Source: Bacteroidota bacterium
Lineage (GTDB): Bacteria > Bacteroidota > Bacteroidia > Flavobacteriales_D > Luteibaculaceae
DNA: 64,000 bases
Direction: 5' to 3'
Assembly (NCBI GenBank): GCA_040386675.1
Contig: JAZKEZ010000018.1
Coordinates: forward strand, 4,799 to 68,798
The translations under genes and the position numbers were made by a program. Below, one piece after another: positions 38,103-46,837 of the stretch. The notes beneath the pieces are model-generated. The model saw only the letters and a program-made list of their open reading frames with translations, was not told the DNA's origin and made no database searches. Within the stretch, counting starts at the first letter, position 1, and each line of letters opens with the position of its first letter.

Positions 38103-40034
38103 TTGATCCCAAAGGAAACAATAGCGCTGATTTTTGATGCCGCCCGGATTGAAGAGGTGGTGGGAGATTTCGTGCAGTTAAAACGAAGCGGATCGAATTA
38201 CAAGGGTCTGAGTCCTTTCGTAAACGAGAAAACACCGTCTTTTTACGTTTCACCGGCAAAGGGGATTTTCAAGGATTTCAGTTCAGGTAAAGGCGGAAGC
38301 GCAGTAACGTTCCTCATGGAACACGAGAAGCTTTCTTACCCGGAAGCGCTGCGCTATCTCGCGAAAAAATACAACATTGAGGTTGAGGAAGAAGAACAGA
38401 CTGCAGAGCAGATAGCGCAACAGAATGAGCGCGAAAGTCTCCTGCTTATCCTCCAGTTTGCACAGGAATATTTCTCAGATTACCTCATCAATAACGACGA
38501 AGGACGGTCGATAGGTCTCGGTTATTTCCGTGAACGCGGGTTTACCGACGCCATCATCAAAAAATTCAGCCTCGGGTACCATCCCGAAGGAAGGGATCAT
38601 TTCACCAAAGCTGCACTCGAAAAGGGCTACAAGCTTGAGTACCTCGAAAAGCTTGGGCTGACAAGGGTTCGCGACGGGCGTTCGTTCGATTTCTTCCACG
38701 GCAGGGTCATGTTCCCCATCCAGAACCTTACCGGTCGCGTGATTGGTTTTGGCGGACGGGTACTTAAGGCCGATAAGAACATTGCCAAGTATTTCAACTC
38801 GCCGGAAAGCGAACTCTACAACAAGAGCAAAACGCTGTACGGTATTTTCCAGGCCAAGAATCGCATTGTAGGCGAAGACAATTGTTACCTGGTTGAGGGA
38901 TACACCGATGTGCTGGCCATGCATCAGGCCGGGATTGAGAATGCCGTGGCCAGCTCGGGAACCTCGCTTACCATCGAGCAGATCCAGATGGTGAAGCGCT
39001 TTACCCAGAACATCACCATTTTGTATGATGGGGATGCTGCCGGGATAAAAGCATCGTTCCGCGGGATCAACATGGTACTGGAAGCGGGACTTAATGTGAA
39101 AGTGGTGCTGTTTCCGGATGGCGATGATCCCGACAGTTATTCGAAGAAAGTATCGGGTGAGGAACTGAAGGAATACCTGAAGTCGGCACCAAAAGATTTT
39201 ATCTCGTTCAAAACCGGGCTGCTGCTCGACGAGGTAGGGAAGGACCCGATCCGCAGGGCAGGGGTAATTAAGGATATTGTTGAAAGCATCGCGCTGGTGC
39301 CCGATGCCATTATGCGGAGCTCTTACATAAGAGCTACTTCGCAGATGATGGACATCCAGGAGCAGGTACTGATCAGCGAACTGAACCGCATCCGGAAAAG
39401 TCAGTCGAAAGAAGATTCCAGGAAGAACTACAACACAGAACTCCCTGAGGCACCGCCCGACGACCTGTTTGCGTCTGATGAACCCACTCAGCAAACCGTA
39501 CAGATCGATTCGCACGAAAAAGAGATCATGCGCATCCTGTTGAACTACGGGCATCTCAACTTCGATTACCAGGATGAACACGGCACGGAACCGGTAACGC
39601 AAAACGTGGCAGATTTTGTGATTGAAACCATACTCGCCGACGAGATTGTGTTTGAAAACCCGATGTTCCAGCGGCTGTTCGAACTCATCGTAAACGAATA
39701 CAAGCAAAACCCGATGGGATTGCTTACTTACAGTGACGCAGATATCAGCGGATTGGCAACGTCGCTGGTGATGAGCGAACATCACCTCAGTGAAAACTGG
39801 AAAGAGAAAAAGGTGATCATTAAGACTGAGGAAGTGCGCCTTCCCGAAGTGGTAAAGAAAGGACTGCTCGGTTACTTGCTGAGACGCGTGGAAAGCATTA
39901 TTCACGGCCTTACCAATCAGTTGAAAGAAGAACTTCCGGAAGCCTCCCAGGATGAGATCCAGACCGAGATCATCCTTTACCTGCAGGCAAAGAAGACGTT
40001 TTCGAAAGAATTAGGACGAATTGTGTTAAAATAA
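38103..40034 (+). CDS. dnaG: DNA primase
   Basis: TTG start gives MIPKETIALIFDAARIEEVVGDFVQLKR. TOPRIM motifs are present (LVEGYTDVLAMHQAG, ILYDGDAAG). 643 aa. Confidence 0.93.
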   Translation: MIPKETIALIFDAARIEEVVGDFVQLKRSGSNYKGLSPFVNEKTPSFYVSPAKGIFKDFSSGKGGSAVTFLMEHEKLSYPEALRYLAKKYNIEVEEEEQTAEQIAQQNERESLLLILQFAQEYFSDYLINNDEGRSIGLGYFRERGFTDAIIKKFSLGYHPEGRDHFTKAALEKGYKLEYLEKLGLTRVRDGRSFDFFHGRVMFPIQNLTGRVIGFGGRVLKADKNIAKYFNSPESELYNKSKTLYGIFQAKNRIVGEDNCYLVEGYTDVLAMHQAGIENAVASSGTSLTIEQIQMVKRFTQNITILYDGDAAGIKASFRGINMVLEAGLNVKVVLFPDGDDPDSYSKKVSGEELKEYLKSAPKDFISFKTGLLLDEVGKDPIRRAGVIKDIVESIALVPDAIMRSSYIRATSQMMDIQEQVLISELNRIRKSQSKEDSRKNYNTELPEAPPDDLFASDEPTQQTVQIDSHEKEIMRILLNYGHLNFDYQDEHGTEPVTQNVADFVIETILADEIVFENPMFQRLFELIVNEYKQNPMGLLTYSDADISGLATSLVMSEHHLSENWKEKKVIIKTEEVRLPEVVKKGLLGYLLRRVESIIHGLTNQLKEELPEASQDEIQTEIILYLQAKKTFSKELGRIVLK

Positions 40035-40038
40035 AACC

Positions 40039-40914
40039 GTGGATTTTCTCAGTTATCATTTCATCGATTTTAAAGGCTTTAAGCTGTCGCTGCTGAGCAT
40101 CATCTGGCTGGTATTCATTTATATCGGTGTGTGGGTGATCCTGCGGCTGATCAAAGTGTTCATCCACCGCCGGTTTGTAAAGCGCAACATCATCGATAAG
40201 GCCAGGGAATTCACCATCTATTCCCTGATCCGCTACCTGGTGTTTACGTTCTCGCTATTTGTGATGCTTGGGACGGTTGGCGTGAAATTCAGCTGGTTGT
40301 TCGGCGCCGGTATTCCGCTGTTGGTGGGTATCGGTCTGGGTTTACAGGGTCTGTTCAAAGACTTTGTTGCCGGGATTGTGCTGTCGATTGAAGGTTCATT
40401 CAAAGTCGGCGACATCATAGAGATCGATAAAACGATGGCGCAGGTAAAAAACATCGACCTGCGTACCAGTAAGGTAGAAACCGGCGACGGTGTCCAGATC
40501 ATTGTACCGAACTCACAGCTTACCGATGGCCGGATCATTAACTGGAGTCATACCCGGAAGGAGATCCGCTCTACCATTACGATCACGCTGGCCTACGGTA
40601 CGGATGCGGCCATGGCCCGTCACCTGCTGTACCAGGTGCTCATCGCAAATCCATCGGTGAGCAAAGTGCGTAAACCTAACATACAGTTCACCGATTTCTC
40701 CAGTCACGGAATGACCTTTAAGCTGGCGTTCTGGACCGCCGAACCCTGGGATGTGGAACAGGTAAAAAGCGACCTGAGATTTGCCATAGAGACTGCACTG
40801 CGCGCGAGAGACATACGCATCCCTTATCCGCAGCTTGATATACGAATGACCGATAACAGAATATATGAAGACCGAACTTCCCGCAGAGATCCACGCGATC
40901 AGAACCTCGATTGA
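40039..40914 (+). CDS. mechanosensitive ion channel family protein (MscS-like)
   Basis: GTG start. Three N-terminal TM helices, then the conserved beta-domain (GDIIEIDKTMAQVKNIDLRTSKVETGDGVQIIVPNS). Confidence 0.86.
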   Translation: MDFLSYHFIDFKGFKLSLLSIIWLVFIYIGVWVILRLIKVFIHRRFVKRNIIDKAREFTIYSLIRYLVFTFSLFVMLGTVGVKFSWLFGAGIPLLVGIGLGLQGLFKDFVAGIVLSIEGSFKVGDIIEIDKTMAQVKNIDLRTSKVETGDGVQIIVPNSQLTDGRIINWSHTRKEIRSTITITLAYGTDAAMARHLLYQVLIANPSVSKVRKPNIQFTDFSSHGMTFKLAFWTAEPWDVEQVKSDLRFAIETALRARDIRIPYPQLDIRMTDNRIYEDRTSRRDPRDQNLD

Positions 40915-41659
40915 GCCACTGAGAAAACAACTGGTGGAACATCCGCTGTACGCTTCCATCAACTCGCTCGACGACCTGCAGATCTTTATGGAGCACCATA
41001 TGTTTGCCGTGTGGGATTTCATGAGCATCCTCAAAGCGCTGCAAAATGAACTTACCTGTACTTCCATTCCGTGGGTACCGAAAGGAACCCCGGCGCTGAG
41101 AAGACTCATCAACGAAATTGTTCACGGAGAAGAAAGCGACGAAGACAAAAGCGGCAGAGCGGCCAGTCATTACGAACTGTACCACGAAGCCATGAAACTG
41201 GCCGGCGCCGATACCTCGGTGATCGACGGTGTACTTGCCGATATCATGAGCGGAAGCACGGTGAGCCAGGCGATGGCCAAAGCCAACATTCCCGACAGTG
41301 TGAAGCAGTTTGTGGCGTTCAGCTTCGAAACTATCGACAGCAAAAAGACGCACAACATCGCTGCCATTTTCACCTTCGGACGCGAAGACCTGATCCCGGA
41401 TATGTTCACTGCACTGGTAAAAGATCTGAGCGCAAAATTCCCGGGTAAACTGGATGCGCTGGTGTATTACCTGGAGCGCCACATCGAACTCGACGGCGGT
41501 GAGCACGGTCCGCTTGCACTCACCATGATCGCAGAACTCTGTGGAAACGATCCGCAAAAATGGGCCGAAGCACTTGAGGCATCCAACAAAGCACTCGAAG
41601 TACGGATCGCATTGTGGGACGGCATCCTGGAGGAAGTAAAGGCCAATCAGCTGGTTTAA
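40865..41659 (+). CDS. DUF3050 family protein (heme-oxygenase-like fold)
   Basis: HPLY...L.DLQIFMEHHMFAVWDFMSILKALQ block, recalled from DUF3050 proteins. The start overlaps the MscS gene by 50 nt. Confidence 0.78.
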   Translation: MKTELPAEIHAIRTSIEPLRKQLVEHPLYASINSLDDLQIFMEHHMFAVWDFMSILKALQNELTCTSIPWVPKGTPALRRLINEIVHGEESDEDKSGRAASHYELYHEAMKLAGADTSVIDGVLADIMSGSTVSQAMAKANIPDSVKQFVAFSFETIDSKKTHNIAAIFTFGREDLIPDMFTALVKDLSAKFPGKLDALVYYLERHIELDGGEHGPLALTMIAELCGNDPQKWAEALEASNKALEVRIALWDGILEEVKANQLV

Positions 41660-41665
41660 CCTGAA

Positions 41666-41710
41666 CCCTTTGCGCCCTTTGCGAAAAACTTTTGTTCCCT
41701 TTGCGGTTAA
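41666..41710. repeat. one-armed CCGCAAAG-family element (CCCTTTGCG three times)
   Basis: CCCTTTGCG at 41666-41674, 41675-41683 and 41697-41705, ending CGGTTAA. It is the reverse complement of TTAACCGCAAAGGG seen at 31416-31429. Confidence 0.7.
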
Positions 41711-41782
41711 AACTCAAATGGCACAATAATTAGAGTGAGTCTTCCTGAACATCTGAACTGATTCAGAACAAAACCTCTAATT

Positions 41783-41989
41783 ATGAAAGCCATAAAGTAC
41801 ACCGCAACGCTCCTCCTGGCGACCTTCCTTTGTTTGGGAGCCGGAGCACAGGAAAAACCAGTGCGCAAGGAGCAGAATGCTGAAAAGAAAGAAATGAAAG
41901 CCGAGAAAAAGGCAGTTAAAGGCAAACCAAACGTAGCCGAAAGGAAAGTAGAAAAAGCTGAAAAGAAAAGAGAGAAAAAAACTCCCTGA
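41783..41989 (+). CDS. small secreted Lys/Glu-rich protein (68 aa)
   Basis: Signal peptide MKAIKYTATLLLATFLCLGAGAQ followed by a KE-rich tail. A strong terminator follows directly. Confidence 0.55.
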   Translation: MKAIKYTATLLLATFLCLGAGAQEKPVRKEQNAEKKEMKAEKKAVKGKPNVAERKVEKAEKKREKKTP

Positions 41990-42011
41990 GCGTTTCATCA
42001 TCCATTAAGAA

Positions 42012-42043
42012 AGACCCATCCGATACCAGGATGGGTTTTTTGT
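42012..42043 (+). terminator. Rho-independent terminator ACCCATCC-loop-GGATGGGT followed by T6
   Basis: An 8-bp stem, a 7-nt loop and a T-run, about 25 nt after the stop at 41989. Confidence 0.82.
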
Positions 42044-42109
42044 TTCTGCGTAACTGACTTAGACAAATTCTAAATAATACCCCCAGGTTGTTAAAAACCA
42101 TTTGCAGCT

Positions 42110-42117
42110 TACATTTG
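42110..42117 (+). promoter_or_regulatory. candidate -7 box TACATTTG for sdhCAB, with TTG at 42088-42090
   Basis: Exact TAnnTTTG, 92 nt upstream of the sdhC ATG. Confidence 0.4.
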
Positions 42118-42209
42118 TCAGCAAATTTTAGCCTGAACGCGAACTGGTCTCCGGCAACTCATGTGGGTTCTCCCTCCCGAAACCAGGAACAAAGAAGCAT
42201 TAGCATCAA

Positions 42210-42878
42210 ATGAAAACCTCTCTTGTAAAGAAGTATTGGATGGCAGCCACCGGGCTGTTCCTGTGTCTGTTTTTGGTTGGTCACCTTATGGGTAACCTTC
42301 AGTTGTTCATTGGCGGTGAGGAGGGCCAGCTCCAGTTTAATGCCTATGCGCATTTCATGACCTCTAACCCGATCGTTAAGCTGCTGTCTTACGTAACCTA
42401 CGCCAGCATTGTGTTTCACGCCATCGACGGACTGATCCTTACCATCCGCAACAAAAAGTCAAGACCGGTAAAATACGCTTACGAAAGAGCCGATAAAAAC
42501 TCGATCTGGTCGTCACGCAACATGGGTATCCTCGGTACCGTGATCCTGGTATTCATCATTACCCACATGACTAACTTCTGGGGTGTAATGCACTTCGGGG
42601 CGATCGGGGTTGATGCCGCAGGAAACAAAGACCTTCACACCGTAGTGATGGCATTCTTCCAGGACGAGAAGATCGGGCTTATCGCAACGATCCTTTACGT
42701 GGTTTCAATGGCAGCTTTGTCATTCCACCTCATCCACGGTTTCTCAAGTGCTTTCCAGTCAGTAGGAGCCAATCACCCGAAATACAATGCATCTATCAGG
42801 TATGTAGGGATCGCATTTGCGATCGTTGTTCCGGTGCTGTTTGCAGCCATGCCGGTATACATTTACCTGAACAAATAA
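42210..42878 (+). CDS. sdhC: succinate dehydrogenase/fumarate reductase cytochrome b subunit (b558 family)
   Basis: 222 aa, five predicted TM helices with conserved His residues, positioned directly upstream of sdhA. Confidence 0.88.
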   Translation: MKTSLVKKYWMAATGLFLCLFLVGHLMGNLQLFIGGEEGQLQFNAYAHFMTSNPIVKLLSYVTYASIVFHAIDGLILTIRNKKSRPVKYAYERADKNSIWSSRNMGILGTVILVFIITHMTNFWGVMHFGAIGVDAAGNKDLHTVVMAFFQDEKIGLIATILYVVSMAALSFHLIHGFSSAFQSVGANHPKYNASIRYVGIAFAIVVPVLFAAMPVYIYLNK

Positions 42879-42915
42879 GTACGGTCACCCGGTAGTCATT
42901 AAGCATTATTACGAT

Positions 42916-44919
42916 ATGTCAGAAATGAATAGCAACATTCCAGCTGGTGAGTTAACCTCCAAATGGACCAAATACAAGTCTTCTGTAAAACTGGTTAACC
43001 CGGCCAACAAGCGTTCTATCGACGTGATCGTTGTGGGAACAGGTCTTGCGGGATCATCAGCAGCCGCTTCTCTTGCCGAGATGGGTTACAACGTGAAGGC
43101 ATTCTGTTTCCAGGACAGCCCCCGTCGTGCTCACTCTATTGCAGCACAAGGTGGGGTAAACGCAGCAAAAAACTACGCAAACGACGGTGACAGCACCTAC
43201 CGTTTGTTTTACGATACTATCAAAGGTGGTGACTACCGTGCCCGTGAGGCCAACGTTCACCGTCTTGCAGAAGTTTCGGCCAGCATTATCGACCAGTGTG
43301 TGGCCCAGGGTGTTCCTTTTGCACGTGATTACGGCGGGATGCTCGACAACCGTTCATTCGGTGGTACACAGGTAAGCCGTACCTTCTATGCCAAAGGACA
43401 AACCGGTCAGCAGCTGCTGCTTGGTGCGTATTCCGCCCTTGAGCGCCAGATCGGGATGGGTAAGGTTGAGATGTTCAACCGTCACGAAATGCTTGATGTG
43501 GTTGTTGTTGACGGTAAGGCGCGCGGGATCATTGCCCGTAACCTGATCACCGGAGAGATCGAACGCCACGGAGGTCACGCGGTATTGCTTTGTACCGGAG
43601 GATACGGTAACGTATTCTACCTGTCGACCAATGCAATGGGAAGTAACGTGACCGCAGCCTGGAAGGCGCACAAAAAAGGAGCTTTCTTCGGAAATCCTTG
43701 CTACACGCAGATCCACCCGACCTGTATCCCTGTTTCAGGAGATCACCAGTCGAAACTTACCCTGATGTCGGAGTCGCTTCGTAACGACGGACGTATCTGG
43801 GTTCCAAAGAAAAAAGAAGACGTTGAGGCCATTCGCGCCGGAAGGAAAAAAGGAAACGACATTCCTGAAGAAGACCGCGATTACTACCTCGAAAGAAGAT
43901 ACCCTGCTTTTGGTAACCTGGTTCCGCGTGACGTGGCCAGCCGTGCCGCAAAAGAGCGTTGTGATGCCGGTTACGGTGTTAACAAGACAGGTGAAGCCGT
44001 TTACCTTGACTTCCTGTCGAACATGAAATACAAGTACGGTAAACTGGGTGCGATCCAGCAGGGCATTGAAAACCCGACTGAGGACCAGCTTTACCAGATC
44101 GGTCGTGCGAAAGTAGAAGAGCTTTACGGTAACCTGTTTGATATGTACAAGCAGATCACGGGTGAAGATCCTTACGTAACGCCGATGCAGATCTATCCTG
44201 CGGTTCACTATACGATGGGCGGACTTTGGGTGGATTACAACCTGATGACCACCGTTCCTGGTATGTACGCACTCGGAGAAGCCAATTTCTCTGATCACGG
44301 TGCCAACCGCCTTGGAGCTTCGGCACTGATGCAGGGACTTGCCGACGGATACTTCGTAATTCCTTACACCATCGGTGATTACCTGGCTGACGAGATCCGT
44401 ACCGGGAAGATCAATACCGCTTCTCCTGAATTTGATGCGGCTGAAAAGCACGTAAAAGATACACTCGACAAACTGATCAACAATAAGGGAACCAAAACCG
44501 TTGACCACTATCACCGTGAGCTTGGAAAGATCATGTGGAACAAGTGCGGAATGGGCCGTACGGCACAAGGACTTACCGAAGCGATCAGCGAGATCCAGGC
44601 TTTGCAGAAAGAATTCTGGGCCAATGTGCGTGTACCGGGCAAACTGAACGAATTCAACCAGGAACTTGAGAAAGCATGGCGCGTTGCCGATTTCCTTGAA
44701 CTGGGCGAACTGATGTGTAAGGATGCACTGAACCGCAACGAAAGCTGTGGCGGTCACTTCCGCGAAGAATACCAGACCGAAGAAGGTGAGGCACTCCGCG
44801 ACGACGAAAACTTTGCTTACGTAGCTGCCTGGGAATACAAAGGAAACAACCAGTACGACCTGCATAAGGAAGAACTGAAGTATGAGAATATTAAGATCGC
44901 CGCGAGGTCGTACAAGTAA
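42916..44919 (+). CDS. sdhA: succinate dehydrogenase/fumarate reductase flavoprotein subunit
   Basis: FAD-binding [20 protein letters not shown] (covalent FAD His), C-terminal [10 protein letters not shown]. 667 aa. Confidence 0.96.
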   Translation: MSEMNSNIPAGELTSKWTKYKSSVKLVNPANKRSIDVIVVGTGLAGSSAAASLAEMGYNVKAFCFQDSPRRAHSIAAQGGVNAAKNYANDGDSTYRLFYDTIKGGDYRAREANVHRLAEVSASIIDQCVAQGVPFARDYGGMLDNRSFGGTQVSRTFYAKGQTGQQLLLGAYSALERQIGMGKVEMFNRHEMLDVVVVDGKARGIIARNLITGEIERHGGHAVLLCTGGYGNVFYLSTNAMGSNVTAAWKAHKKGAFFGNPCYTQIHPTCIPVSGDHQSKLTLMSESLRNDGRIWVPKKKEDVEAIRAGRKKGNDIPEEDRDYYLERRYPAFGNLVPRDVASRAAKERCDAGYGVNKTGEAVYLDFLSNMKYKYGKLGAIQQGIENPTEDQLYQIGRAKVEELYGNLFDMYKQITGEDPYVTPMQIYPAVHYTMGGLWVDYNLMTTVPGMYALGEANFSDHGANRLGASALMQGLADGYFVIPYTIGDYLADEIRTGKINTASPEFDAAEKHVKDTLDKLINNKGTKTVDHYHRELGKIMWNKCGMGRTAQGLTEAISEIQALQKEFWANVRVPGKLNEFNQELEKAWRVADFLELGELMCKDALNRNESCGGHFREEYQTEEGEALRDDENFAYVAAWEYKGNNQYDLHKEELKYENIKIAARSYK

Positions 44920-44957
44920 ATAGTAACTAGCGAATAGTAACTAGCGAATAGTAACCA
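44919..44957. repeat. tandem 14-mer AATAGTAACTAGCG, about 2.8 copies, starting at the last base of the sdhA stop codon
   Basis: Copies at 44919-44932, 44933-44946 and a partial copy at 44947-44957, read directly. Confidence 0.88.
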
Positions 44958-44971
44958 GTAAGGAGTGACAG

Positions 44972-45340
44972 GTGGAAACTCAGATCAGATCTTTTAAGGA
45001 CCTTAAGGTTTGGAAAAAGGGAATGGAATTGGTAGTTCTCATCTATAAGATAACAAATACTTTTCCTGATACGGAGAGATTTGGTCTTACCAGTCAACTG
45101 AGAAGATGTTCCGTGTCTGTTCCTTCAAATATTGCTGAGGGCTGGGGAAGGAAATCGAGTAAGAGTTTTGTTGGATTTCTTCATATCGCACAAGGTTCGC
45201 TTTGCGAATTGGAAACCCAGTTGATATTGGCAGAAGAGCTGGGGTTTACAAGTCCCGGCGGAACTGTACAAACGAAAATAATTATAGAGGAAATAGGCAA
45301 AATGCTTGTTGGCCTTGAAAGAAGTTTATTAAAAAGTTAA
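44972..45340 (+). CDS. four-helix-bundle protein (23S rRNA intervening-sequence protein / Avd-like family)
   Basis: 122 aa. GTG start preceded by AAGGAG (44960-44965). Signature FKDLKVWKK...IY...FP..ERFGLTSQLRR...SV.SNIAEGWGR....F..FL.IAQGSLCELETQL. Confidence 0.87.
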   Translation: METQIRSFKDLKVWKKGMELVVLIYKITNTFPDTERFGLTSQLRRCSVSVPSNIAEGWGRKSSKSFVGFLHIAQGSLCELETQLILAEELGFTSPGGTVQTKIIIEEIGKMLVGLERSLLKS

Positions 45341-45402
45341 TCATATAGCTTGCCCACTGTTGGCTGTTGGCTAGAAACTGTTTACTCATGCAGGAAATTG
45401 GA

Positions 45403-46152
45403 ATGAACCTAAATCTCAAGATCTGGCGCCAGAATGGTCCGAAAGACGCTGGTAAAATGGTGGATTATAAAGTAACCAACATCTCGGAAGACATGTCTTT
45501 CCTGGAGATGATGGATGTGCTGAACCAGGACCTCATTGAAAAAGGTGATGAGCCTGTGGCATTCGACCACGATTGTCGTGAAGGGATCTGTGGGATGTGC
45601 TCGATGTTCATTAACGGAGAGGCACACGGACCGAATAAGGCTGTAACCACCTGTCAGCTACACATGCGTTCGTTTAAGGATGGCGAAACCATCTATATCG
45701 AGCCGTGGAGAGCCGCTGCATTCCCGGTAATTAAAGACCTTACCGTAGACCGCTCGGCATTCGACCGCGTAATCCAGGCCGGAGGATATGTTACCGTAAA
45801 CACCGGACAGGCAGTAGACGGAAACGCGATTCCGACCCCAAAAACAGCTGCTGACGAGGCTTTCGCTGCTGCAACCTGTATTGGTTGTGGTGCATGCGTA
45901 GCAACGTGCAAAAATGCCTCTGCAATGCTGTTTGTATCGGCTAAAGTGGCGCAACTTGACCTGCTTCCGCAAGGAAAGGTGGAATCGAAAGAGCGTGTAC
46001 TTAAAATGGTAGCACAAATGGACAAAGAAGGCTTTGGTAACTGTACCAATACCGGTGCCTGCGAGGTAGAATGCCCGAAGGAGATCTCACTCGAGAATAT
46101 TGCACGGATGAACAGGCTGTTTATGAACGCCAGTCTGACGAACAAAAAATAA
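45403..46152 (+). CDS. sdhB: succinate dehydrogenase/fumarate reductase iron-sulfur subunit
   Basis: Starts [12 protein letters not shown]. Cys clusters [20 protein letters not shown] and [12 protein letters not shown]. An alternative ATG lies at 45388. Confidence 0.94.
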   Translation: MNLNLKIWRQNGPKDAGKMVDYKVTNISEDMSFLEMMDVLNQDLIEKGDEPVAFDHDCREGICGMCSMFINGEAHGPNKAVTTCQLHMRSFKDGETIYIEPWRAAAFPVIKDLTVDRSAFDRVIQAGGYVTVNTGQAVDGNAIPTPKTAADEAFAAATCIGCGACVATCKNASAMLFVSAKVAQLDLLPQGKVESKERVLKMVAQMDKEGFGNCTNTGACEVECPKEISLENIARMNRLFMNASLTNKK

Positions 46153-46172
46153 TAAGCAGTTTACTGCGCAGT

Positions 46173-46206
46173 AAGCCCGCTCCGGTATCCGGGGCGGGCT
46201 TTTTTA
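46173..46206 (+). terminator. strong Rho-independent terminator after sdhB
   Basis: AAGCCCGCTCCGG-TAT-CCGGGGCGGGCTT followed by T6. Confidence 0.88.
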
Positions 46207-46322
46207 TGCGTGTACATTGGGTAAAATGAACTCCTTTATTTGATGTGTCGGTACCAACACTTTAGTGTTGGTTTTTCCGCTCAAATGCCTCGATAAACTG
46301 TGGTTTCATTCTTAAAAAGATC

Positions 46323-46347
46323 ATAAACACTATTTAATGGTGTTTAT
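46323..46347. promoter_or_regulatory. perfect 8-bp inverted repeat ATAAACAC-N9-GTGTTTAT, candidate operator
   Basis: Read directly, about 65 nt upstream of the XRE regulator ATG. The functional assignment is inferred only. Confidence 0.3.
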
Positions 46348-46410
46348 TGCGAATAAAGTGAGTAAATTATTGTGCCTCAGTGATTTCCATTGTTTTCTAC
46401 TTTTAGCCGC

Positions 46411-46800
46411 ATGACAGATGACCGTAAAGCTATCAGTGCGAGAGTTCGTGAGGCGAGAAAAGCTGCGAAAATGACCCAGCAGGAAGTTGCAGACCTCATC
46501 TTTATGAGCAAGAGCAATTATCAGAAACTGGAATCCGCAGATGTTGGTATTCCGGGCGAACGCCTGATGGAATTAGCCAGGTTGTTCAATATACCCGCTC
46601 AGTCATTGCTGCCCGGACCGGCAGAATATACCAATACCACTTCTCATGCAGAAGCCTCGGAGCTTCCGCAGCAAACGCTTGAAGAATACTCGAAAGCCCA
46701 TTTGATCGATATTGTAAAGCACCAGGGAGAAACCATCAGCAATCAAAAAAAGATCATCCAGCTGCTGGAATTCAGAGCGGGAGCCGACGAACAGAACTGA
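46411..46800 (+). CDS. XRE family helix-turn-helix transcriptional regulator
   Basis: HTH_3-like segment ISARVREARKAAKMTQQEVADLIFMSKSNYQKLE. ATG at 46411; the ORF track TTG is at 46390. Confidence 0.8.
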   Translation: MTDDRKAISARVREARKAAKMTQQEVADLIFMSKSNYQKLESADVGIPGERLMELARLFNIPAQSLLPGPAEYTNTTSHAEASELPQQTLEEYSKAHLIDIVKHQGETISNQKKIIQLLEFRAGADEQN

Positions 46801-46837
46801 CCAACCGCTCATTGGTCCTTTCACGGTAAGGAAATGG

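Noticed and set aside
38475-39905. A 476-aa ORF antisense to dnaG. Similar long antisense ORFs are 43735-44865 in sdhA, 57415-58362 in leuS, 40718-41557 in DUF3050, 31578-32390 in sufB, and 33894-34466, 36629-37192, 30005-30583 and 55555-56148.
   Set aside because: The two I checked (dnaG and sdhA) are in the same codon register as the sense gene. In that register antisense stops correspond to sense TTA, CTA and TCA codons, which these genes evidently avoid. The sense proteins have unmistakable conserved motifs, and the antisense translations are motif-free. They are codon-usage shadows, not overlapping genes.
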